This document shows positions 53,560-64,000 of a stretch of DNA of 64,000 nt, piece after piece. Numbering within the stretch: the first letter of the stretch is position 1; each line of letters opens with the position of its first letter. The notes beneath the pieces were generated by a model. It was not told the origin of the DNA and made no database searches. It was given only the letters and a program-made list of their open reading frames with translations. Origin of the DNA: Bugula neritina (Eukaryota > Animalia > Bryozoa); assembly GCA_964035545.1 (NCBI GenBank), contig OZ037767.1, positions 16,151,292 to 16,215,291 on the forward strand. Reading direction: 5' to 3'. Made by a program: the position numbers and the translations under genes.

Positions 53560-54090
53560 GTGTCACTCTCACACTCCTTGTTTTACTTAATTGTACCATC
53601 CCCCTATTCTTCACTGTATTCGTTTAGGTGACAGGGTTTGTTCATTTCCAACTCAATCGATGATTTCTTTTAATTTTTAACCCCCATGCTTAAATGTTTT
53701 GGTCTTGCTCCCTTTCTCTCCAGTTTCACACTGATGTAGCTGATCCCTTCTTGTTTTATTGTTCTCTGCTACATAGGTGCCCATACCATTTCAGCCTTCT
53801 TTTCCTACATGGTTAATGCTTTTACTGCTGCCCTGTCTCAGATCTCCTCATTCCTTTTGTCCATAGATTTATCGCAACTCATCTTCATTGATCCTCTAGG
53901 TACTAGGAGCTAGGTGCTGTCAGCGGCCATAATTTACTGCCATAAAATATTGCCGGTCAGATGCACATTTTCATATCAGCATTTTCAATTTTGTTGGAGC
54001 CTTCTTGCATTGCAACAACCAAGCAAAATCTCTCCACTTACCTTATGCTTTTCTCTACCTCTGGTTCAGGTACTCCATTGTTATGTGTCA
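53560..54090 (-). mobile_element. Second RTE-clade LINE 3' fragment, highly degenerate
   Basis: GKWRD..KKAPTKLKMLI, RPAIFYGS.LWPL, KRNEEI, RLKWYGH remnants. Confidence 0.65.
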
Positions 54091-56769
54091 CTTTAATGAA
54101 GCCCTCACTTCAACTTATTTACTTTGACTGTTAAAACATATTTTTGTTTTACAGATCTAGAAGAAAGTGGCCATTTGAGTTTAAGTGCAGTTGCACTTTT
54201 ACAAGAACACTTGCATAAGAAAAGAACATTCTGCTATGTAATAGAGATGATTTGCAGTGACAGTTGCACTCTGATTGATATGATACTTATATATGGTTAT
54301 GTTGTCATACTATCATTCTTTATTTTTATAATTTTTATTGTATTGCGCTCTGTAATAAGCAAGCCTGCAATATATATATATATTATATTGGTTGACAAAC
54401 AAATACCTCATCTCTCTCCCATAACCACAAGGACTATATTCTACCATTGGTTTCTCAAACTTACACCTTAGTAATTAGTTACACAGCACAAAATTCTAGC
54501 TATAGGAGTATTAATGAATTTTTCACTTGAGTGGTGAGGAAATAATACTAACCTGATACATTTCTAAATCTATGAACATTGCATGACAAATTATCTGTAA
54601 TGTATAATATAATAGGTCTCAAAGACCAAAAAGCTACATTTATTATCTTTTATCCAATGCTAGCTAGTATTTTTAGACAGTTAACCACATCTTCTCTCCA
54701 ACAATAACGACATTAGGTTTTGCCTTTTTGTACACATAATGATTCATTTAAAAACTTCAAATTATTTTCGCAAGCAGCAGCTTACACACTTAGCTCCCAT
54801 CATTATCATTGCATTGTACAATGAATGTCTCATCGCATAATAAGAATTTAAAAGTTACATAAACAGAAACCACAATAGATAAGTTATTGCAAGCTGCAAT
54901 TGCAAATAAGTCCCATAATGCTCAGTCATAGAAGCCAGTAATGAGGAAATCAATGTCAACCATGGTCAATTTTGACCTAAATAACTACCAACTAAATAGT
55001 TAGCAGAGTAGTTGCACAGGCCCTGTTCAATAACAAGTTTTTTGCTACATGTTTCAAGTTATTTCTCCATTATGAAAGTACTCTATTTAAAACAACTGCA
55101 AGGCTTACCTACTGCCAAAGGCAAACCACCAATAAGAACTATTACTGGTATTAACTATGCACACGTGCTATACTTTTATTATTTTTTGGATTGTGGCTCA
55201 GGTGCCAAATATTTAAACTTTGTGTGCTTAGTTCTCTGTACAGTTGCACAGCTCAATAGTAATCTAAGAATAAACTTTCTACTTCAATAGACTTCCTGTA
55301 ACTTTGCTGCTACAGTGTAGTATTTAGTATACATTCTTTGTCTGCTAAAACTGATGTGCAAAGCAGCGGTTATGTTTTGAAAGAATAGCATTGTAATGTT
55401 TGTATCTGTTTACTAAAGCTATGCTTATAATATTATCCCACGACTTATACCTGCTTATAGTAGCCTTATATTGTGGAATGTTATAGCGATGCAATTATGC
55501 TGTCAAAGTAATTATGTTGTGGTTTTAAAAGTGCTATGTAACTGTTGGGACATACTGTTTGTTTATCAAGTGGGTCAGTTAGCTTCGAGATTTCAGATAA
55601 TAAAGTGTAGTGACAGTAAGAAAGTTGGTAGTAATTCATTGCAGTACTTATCTATACAACACAACAAGCATGATGTTTGGCACACCAGTTTGGCCCTTAT
55701 AGAAATTCAAGAGGCTGGTGATTAGAATAGTAAACTAATTGCTACTGCAAGTGGAGAGTAGTGTGTCTCTGCCATGGCATAAAGTACTTCAGAGCAACTT
55801 CAAACATATCATAACGTCACAAAGTTATGCATTACAGGTTTAGCTGGCTGCTGGCCTTTTTGTCACAGTAACACGTTCTGTAAATGCATTCTGTTAATGC
55901 ATTCCTGAACTACTTGTATAGTTAACTTGTCAACTTCTGTGTCATTAACCATTTCTTTCCATATAATATTTAGTGCCCTGTTGTGAACTGCAAATACATT
56001 TCCAAGACTGACAATATTATATACAAACCACAAAGATAAAGGGGATTTAGAAAACAAAAGAAAACAACACAACTATAGTAATATTTACAAAACAGATTAC
56101 ATAATTGCATGGTGCATTGTCATGCACATTACAAACTGCATTATGTTAACCAACAATTTTGTAAACTCATCAGTAATAATTTTAGCTAGCTATGTAAATA
56201 GCTTGCATACACCAGGATTTGTTCTACACCTGGCAATACCATGGTAGGTCAACTGCTAGTACCATGGTTAGTGTAGCCACTATATAGAACTAGTATAACC
56301 AACCACTTTTCACTGTAGTACAGCCATAAGTTTGGTTTTCTTGGTATTTTGTTAGAGTGCAAGTCTCAACTGATGCTATAAATTGCAATGTAAAAACTAT
56401 TATGAATCAAGCAATATTTTGGTAAATATTGCCAAACTGTATAACAAGTCACAACGTTATTTTTATAACAATTAAGACTTCATATGAATTCCATCACTGG
56501 TAGCTCAAACAGATTGAATGTCACAGCAACAAACAATATAAAGAGGAACTTACTTCCTCTAATATACTTTTTAATCTTTTTTAAAAACACCGTGAAGCTG
56601 TAACAACATGCAGACAAGCTTATAGAAAACCCCTTTTAGAAAATGTGGCTTAATAGTTCAATCCTTCAACTATTTTACTTTCATTTTATCTATTTATAAA
56701 TAATTTCAATCCTTCGGCTTTATAATTTTTATTTTATAGCTTTCATAGACATTTTCATATTATATCCTG

Positions 56770-56773
<4 letters not shown>

Positions 56774-56845
<72 letters not shown>
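56774..56845. repeat. (TA)n microsatellite, about 36 units
   Basis: Pure dinucleotide run. Confidence 0.97.
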
Positions 56846-56848
<3 letters not shown>

Positions 56849-59661
56849 CATTCTTACACTATTACATCTTTACATTTTATCCTATGATTGTGTATATATA
56901 ATGCACATGGAGCTTATAGTAATAAAAAGTTTTAAATCAAATTTTATTGCACAGAACTTTTGTTCACTTTGCTCCGAACTATACTGAGCCTGTGCTACTA
57001 TTGATTTTGCAATTCTTTGGCACTCCTCAGGCACATATTGAATTTAAATTTTTACATTAAGAAAATCAAGATGTGAAGCACAACTTAAAATATAACGCAA
57101 ATATAGTGGTAATATAATATAGTATTATATAATAATATAATGATATTATACATGATATGCATTATATTTTTACATATTAATATCTATTATTAATTTATGA
57201 ATAAGCGCAATTAACCTGAGTTTTCAAAATGCACTTTTAATATTAATTTAGATCATTTCATGGTTTGCTGGGTAAACCTAAAATAAAGGCTGTATTTTTT
57301 CTTAAAAAAAGGAATGTTGAACTATATTATGATAAATTACCTCTTATGCATCAGTATAATATTATATGAATAGCTGCAATGCTTCTCCTCAGGTGCCTGG
57401 TTGTGCCTTATAGTAATGTGCAATCTACTTATTTTTAACTTTTGGGTTTATTCAAAACCATTAGCATCAGTAGCCATATGGCCATCAACCACAGAGTCAT
57501 ATAGGCTATAGTAAAAAAATTGAAACAAGATTGCTATGCACAGCTGGTAAACATACTGCTGAACTAATATAACCAGTTCCCATCCCTAGCTGTATAAGTT
57601 TAAGTCATGATAGTTACTCACGTTGTGCATACCCTCATCAGTGTGCGTTAGAGTGGCCTAGTGGTTAACAGGGTTATCAGTGGCACCGTAACCACAGGAT
57701 TGATCGCCTTAGCGTCGTTTTTTTGCCAAATTTTTATTCAAATTCTACACATCGGTATGTATAAACAATGAGAGCATAAATATGACTATAGCTGTAGACT
57801 TTATTTTACTTTTAAAATATTCTTTAACAGGTGGACAGCATGAATGCATGCATGCCAATTAGATACTGAGCACTGGGCTAAACCTTAGGATTTAATAAGT
57901 AAAATATATTGAGAGCTGGTGCAATAATCAAGAAAACCTGGGATCTGATATAGCAAATTAAGTTACATTCTTGCAATTTATTCTTTACCTACACTCCAAA
58001 CTAAAATTTAATAAGCTTTTCAATTACCACGCGTGCTAGAGGATGGATCATTATAGTCCGAAAATATTTTTCTAGTACACCCTGACTGGAACAAGTTGCT
58101 GTGCAAATTACACCATACTATATTGTTACAGTAGAAGTAAAATAGATTTTAAAATTATTGGTACTTATATTGCACTGTTTTTCATAATCATACTTTACTA
58201 AGAATAGGAATTTATAAATAAAACTTTCTTTGCCATCATTAGCCATCTTTGCGTGCATATATTATAATATATACTGGGCCGTATGCAATTTGGAAATTAT
58301 GCTGAATATTTAATGCTGAGTTATATAATTTATTCTGAACAGTAATGCAAAAAACAAAAAGCTTGAAAATATAAATAAAGCACTAGCAAAAAATTAAGTT
58401 CAATTAAGAACATTAAACGTCTTTTTTAACTAATTACAATACAATACATGCATATAGGCCTACAAAACAAAAGCAACAACAGTTTTATATTTTAATAAAC
58501 AAACACTTTCGGACTAATGGGTCTTCGGAATATTGACTAGTTACCCACATACTGTAAGTGACAAAAATTGTAGGCATGTATAGCTGCTATAACAGGTTAT
58601 TTCTTCTTACAATAGTGAAATGTAATACATAATTATGTGTATAGGCAAATATTGGTGATGCTCAGAAAAACAGATTGCACCTTTACGTTTAAGAGGCATT
58701 TTCTGGCAAGGTTGCTGTATTGATTAACTTTGTGTAAAAAACAATTTTTGCCATGTCTAAGGTGTGCTCTAATATAATATTTTACCTGCTACTTTTCTAT
58801 TTGCACTGCATGCATAGACACTATGAAAAAGCATCATGCAGTCGATCAATATATGAACTTTTTACCAATTACAAATTGTTTTTATATATAGTTATATCTT
58901 TCACGGTACACTTTGTTGACAGCTTTTATAAGATTTTTAATAACATATTAGAAAAAAATAGAAATCAGGATAAAAAACAATAATTTATGAACATTGAGGT
59001 TTGATGGCTTAAGGAAATAAATATTAAGTTGACAGTAAAGAGATACAAACACTTATAGTATACAGAACTATATATACTATAGCTGCATGCTATCCATGCA
59101 ACAGACTATAATATATAAATTATTGTAGGACTGAAATATTAAATTGTTTTATTTTAGCAACATAAATTAATGACACATCCTGTATGCTAAGCGTTTAACA
59201 GTAAAATTGCGTTGGTTGTTCACACCACCCTAATTGAGGAAAAAGATACCACACTCAATAAGAATTTACATTATTAAAAAGAAGTTTATACTTGCAGTTT
59301 TGTATCCAAGATTGAGATTAATACATGAATCAGAAGCACTGCTGTAGTTTGCACAACAATTAGCAATAACACAACCGACAAAAGCTGGGAACATCTAGTG
59401 TATAAGCAGCTAGATTATATATATATACACAGATAATATGTAAAGCCAAGTCTGACAAATACGCAGAATTTATATCATAAGCCACATTGGCGTAAAGTAA
59501 CTCATTTGGAGTTGAACTGACACAAACATCACTTTTCTAATATTAACTAAATTAGTTTTAATTATATACTTATAATTAAAATAATAGAAGTACGACAAAT
59601 AGAAATTGCATAAGTCTGCTGCAGCATAAACTGCTTTCTTTCTATACATAAATATATAATG

Positions 59662-59949
59662 TTATAAGTTGGCAACTACATTATAATAATTTACAAAATA
59701 CTGCAAGTCGACTGAATAGAACATTGATAGAGAATGAACAGCTTTCTGCACTTTTAATTTGGAGTTGTCTCACTATTTCTTTCTTTCTGGAGATGGTGGT
59801 ATATATACCTATCATCTCCAGAAAGAAAGAAATAGTGAGACAACTCCAAATTAAAAGTGCAGAAAGCTGTTCATTCTCTATCAATGTTCTATTCGTGCGG
59901 CTTGCAGTATTCAGTATAATATTACTATCATGTAGTTGTCAACTTATAA
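59662..59949. repeat. Near-perfect palindrome / foldback of about 288 bp
   Basis: Arms 59714-59795 and 59813-59894 are exact reverse complements; centre GGTATATATACC is itself palindromic; outer arms diverged. Confidence 0.95.
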
Positions 59950-60989
59950 ATTATATTTGAAAAATTGCATATAATTGAAATCAGGTGCAAGTCTGTCCAA
60001 CAGTTTGAGGCACCATCATCAGTATGTGATGCTACAATCTAGTGATTTCAGTATAATATCTGTATATTATAGTATATAATGTAGCATAATATTACATGAG
60101 CAAAAGCATTAGACTGTTAACATGATTATGTAACAGCTACAAGGTTATGCACAGAACAGAAAGATGACTCAAAGTCTCAAACTCAGTTTATAGCGTGGTG
60201 TTGTCTGTATACACATTTTATTGATGCTATACTATATAAACTATTTAGAAGTACATAGGTTGCATAAATATATCAAGATATACTTTTATTAGCAGAATAT
60301 ACTTTATTTTGCACAACATCATATTATAACAATTGATAGTATATGTTAACAACTTGAAAATTACAATCGCAATTCATACAAACGAAGAATTTTTTTTTCA
60401 TTTTTTCACATTTGCATCAGTTATTTCAGCAAAATTCTTGAAACTATCTTTGTCTGTTATGCTTCGTACCTGCCACAACACCTAAAATAAACATCGTATC
60501 TTTACAAAAATCACAGAGCCTATATAATTTGCAAAAGATCTCAGCCTATCTTTATATTAAATTGAATCATTTATAATTTCATTCAACTTCTATAATTGAG
60601 TGATTATAGAATGTTAATATGATTATTATTGCAATTAAATTATTCTAATTTTATTGCAAATACATGTTATACTACACACAAGTAATACTTGTACCGCTAG
60701 TGCTACCAATTTGCTAACTTAGAATAATAGCAACAGCAAGAATTAATATCTAGTAGCCTACAAAGACTGGTAGCAGTGCAACTACAAGCATTAAGTAAAT
60801 GTAAATACTGTTAGTGTTACTAGGAGTTGTGGTGTAGTAATATATAGATTATTGTGATATTTAATTTTGTGGCACGAACTCTAAGTAATAATTATGTAAC
60901 TAAATCTAAAATCAATACTAATAACAATAAAAATACCAATAGCTTAAAGGATTGGTAATGACAATACTTAGGCAATTGAAGAGTAACAG

Positions 60990-61680
60990 ATATAATAACT
61001 GTGAGTGCAAGTCGAATACTAATAGTAATAGAAAGTCAAAATAGCAGTATCACTAACATTAACCACTTAGTACTAGTACTACTGCTAGCAGTGGTACTAA
61101 TAGTAATACTAAACCTAGTAAAAGTACTACTACGTCTACTGTTAACAGTGATTACCAATACTGATAGTAATAGTAATACATAATCGTAATGATAATCAAG
61201 TTGAAACTTGTTGATATTAATAGTAATAGTAATACTATTACTATTAAAAATTTGAACTTGATTATCATTATGATTATGTAATAGTATTACTACTATTACT
61301 AGTATTAGATAATTAGTATTACTATTAGTGATCACTGATCACTGATCACTATTACTATTAGTATTGGTACTACCTGTACTATTACTATTAGTATAAGTGT
61401 TACTATATTTTATACTGGTACGACTACTAGTATAATTACTATTACTATTAGTATTACAGTATTAGTAGTAGTACTAGTAGTAGCAGTAATAACAATTACA
61501 ATATGAATATGAATAACACTAAAGTAATACTAATACCTCTACTATAACTTATTATTGTAGTTAATTACTTAATACTAATAGTAATACTAATAGTAATACT
61601 AATAGTAATAGTATTATTATTAATATTATTAATATTATATTTATTGTTATAACTATAAGTTACTGGTAGTTAATAAGTAT
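60990..61680. repeat. Low-complexity (TAA/TAG/TAC)-rich tract
   Basis: Mixed trinucleotide-like runs; similar tracts at ~4070-4200, 21010-21180, 48050-48450 and 49380-49570. Confidence 0.75.
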
Positions 61681-63670
61681 GAATTATTGAATATAATTAT
61701 ATAGTTATACTAAATAGTCATAAACCAGAGTCACTAATAGTTAGAATGCCATAAACACTCACCTGATTTAAGTTTTAATGATTGGCAAGAACATCTCTTC
61801 ATTTAATTTATTTGCGAAAAACTGGTACAAATTACATGAATGAGAAGGATTTTCAATTTTTCAAATTGGGTCCTGATGTATTATTATGCGTAGCGGATGC
61901 CTGCAATTAATATATTTAAAACCCGAAATAAAATATTTCTATACTATGATTCAAGTTTTTAAGAGAATAGGTTGACAAAATATTTGGGCCTCTTTGTGAC
62001 AAATCAAATACTAATAGAGCTTATATTATAGTCATTTTTTAATGACAAAAAGTTTTTTGAAAAGCTATTTTCGTTTTCACTTTTATCACAACACTTTACT
62101 TTTCGAAACTTTTCATGTATCGAATAGACAACTCCTAAAGAACATGCGCCATTTGCCCATGAAGTGAACTTCGAGTTATAATAATGATTATTTACAAGTT
62201 TGATCAACCCAATACAAAGCTACGTCTTTTTATGAGTACATCTCGCAACATAAATAAACGATAAAAATAATGGATAAAACGCAATCGAAAAATATATCAA
62301 ACACATATACTTAAATCAATATTAATAAATAAAATTGTATCTAATTATAAATATATATATATATATATAATATACAAAACATATAAATAATAATTATGAT
62401 ACATAATTATAACATATAAAATGTATATAATTTAGTATAATATATAATATATTGCGTTGGTATATAAAAATAAAAATATATTGTTATATATAATATGATA
62501 ATTATAAATAAATAACATTATATATCAACGTAATATATATTTGGGCTATTTATATCAGTGCACATAACTTCCTAGAATATAAAAATAATTTTAGGAGGTG
62601 CAACATAAAATGAGAGGACAACTATTTTTGAATTGAGTTTGTAAGACTAAATTCCTACTTGCTCATTATAGTTGTAATTGTGAAAAGCTGGTGCGAAGTC
62701 TACAAGGGGTGGATTGTTTTCAAATCAATGCATTTTAATTTATTATAAAAATTTTATCTAAACCAAAAGATTTTAATATTATCTTTATGATATGTAAGTA
62801 TATAAACTATGTAGTTAAAAAATTGTACTTTTGAATACATATTGCTGCTAAAAATATGTGTATAGGCATCAACCCCCTTGATATCCACCACTAGTTGTTA
62901 TTAGTACTTCAAGCTACTAGCAGTCTTTTAACCAATCAAATTGAATTGGTTATCACATGCAGCCAATCGAATCTGTACATATTAACTGACCAGAGTAGGT
63001 GAACATTCGTGATCACTGCCACTCACTGACTCCCGTCGAGCCGTGATAGGACTTAAAATGTCCAGTAGAGGAATAGATATACTGGTTGTGCCCCCCCCCC
63101 CCGTTACCCCTACACATAAAGCATGAATTTTATGACCATCTTTTTTAGTCTTTTTACATATTTTGGTTTCATATTTAACTATAAAACTTAAACTGTTAAT
63201 GTTTTTGTTTGCTGCAAGAAGCATCAAATAAATCAAGGGATTTTCATGTTAATTATTTGCATTGCTTTACTTCCTTTCTATCTTTCTTTAAATAGAAATA
63301 TCAGCATCTTTCATCAATAAGATGTTTTATTTTACTTTAAATAGTTACTTTACTAATGGCAGTGGGAGACAAAATTAACCAACCGGAGTTATTATATAAA
63401 TTACTAAAATACAGTTCATTATGGTTTCAACTGGAATCTTGAACTTTTTCTCTAAAATGCTTGGATAAGACTATTTGCATATTCAAAGGTTCTTCGTCAC
63501 CACTTGGAGTTTGGTTTTATAAAATATTATAAGAAGTTGGCCTAAGTTTATATATTAACCAATCACATGCATTCGTTACTGCATTTGCTCAACCTGGTTA
63601 CTTCTGAGGTATAGGGCTCTTCCCAGGAGGTAGGGTTCTTCCCAGAGTAGTTGACCTGGTTTTATGTTGA

Positions 63671-63807
63671 CCAATCAAATTCAAGCACATCCGATTGTGA
63701 CTATAAATACAGCAGTGTGTTCCGTTTAGGTTCAGTCTACAACTTATCTGTGTAACACATCTGAATCTGAACTCTATTCTCCACAATGAGTAGCAACAGC
63801 ACATTTG
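63671..63807 (+). other. INSM/Nerfin-like copy 3: promoter and first coding exon (gene presumably continues beyond the window)
   Basis: CCAAT 63671, TATAAAT 63702, ATG 63786 MSSNSTF, donor G|GTGAGT at 63807. Confidence 0.6.
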
Positions 63808-64000
63808 GTGAGTGACTACGCATACAGTACTTGTATTTTTATAATTTATTAAGCACTGTTAAGTAGAATATTCTATCTTAAAATCTCGGAGCTAAATTAT
63901 ATCAAAGAGTAATTAAAAACATTTTCATCATTATAGTTGGAAAAATTTTTTTAATCTTTTTCTATTTTTAAAATGTAACTATTAATAAATTTTATGTAAC

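Larger units (their letters stand above)
45051..63084. mobile_element. 18,034-bp inserted element with 8-bp TSD and very short imperfect TIRs (Zisupton- or hAT-like; unassigned)
   Basis: TSD GTTGTGCC at 45043-45050 and 63085-63092; ends CAGTGCATC ... GATATACTG (7/9 inverted match); no intact transposase ORF. Confidence 0.75.
43776..63110. mobile_element. About 1.29-kb TA-TSD non-autonomous element (Tc1/mariner/pogo-type), interrupted by an 18-kb insertion in its right TIR
   Basis: TIR GGGGTAA(C)G(n)CACAACGG; TA TSD at 43774-43775 and 63111-63112; element body = 43776-45050 + 63093-63110; internal copies of the GGGCACAA(C/T)GG motif; empty site at ~17657 in the paralog. Confidence 0.88.

Noticed and set aside
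59681-59960. Two near-identical ORFs on opposite strands
   Set aside because: Artefact of the palindrome.

Overview
AT-rich, intron-containing animal (probably invertebrate) genomic DNA; no prokaryotic features. The window is a decaying tandem triplication of a three-gene unit: a TRIM-type RING/B-box/coiled-coil/beta-propeller gene (+), a convergent BUB1/MadBub spindle-checkpoint kinase gene (-), and an INSM/Nerfin-like zinc-finger gene nested antisense in a BUB1 intron. The copies have degenerated reciprocally. The first TRIM copy looks intact and its BUB1 neighbour is a pseudogene; the later TRIM copy is internally deleted while its BUB1 neighbour (16 exons, 30.8-42.7 kb) is nearly intact. 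Paralogous empty sites in the window fix two insertions exactly: (i) a 4.85-kb Kolobok-like element (TTAA TSD) carrying two intact spliced genes (P2X7-ballast/KolX-like and THAP) but no transposase; (ii) a 1.3-kb TA-TSD MITE, whose right TIR is itself split by an 18-kb element with an 8-bp TSD. Also present: a truncated Gypsy element with a nested CAC-ended MITE, RTE LINE fragments, tRNA-derived SINE heads, a near-perfect ~290-bp palindrome, and a different minisatellite in most of the larger BUB1 introns. Exon boundaries were derived by hand from GT-AG sites and phase consistency. Family assignments rest on motif recognition, not database searches.
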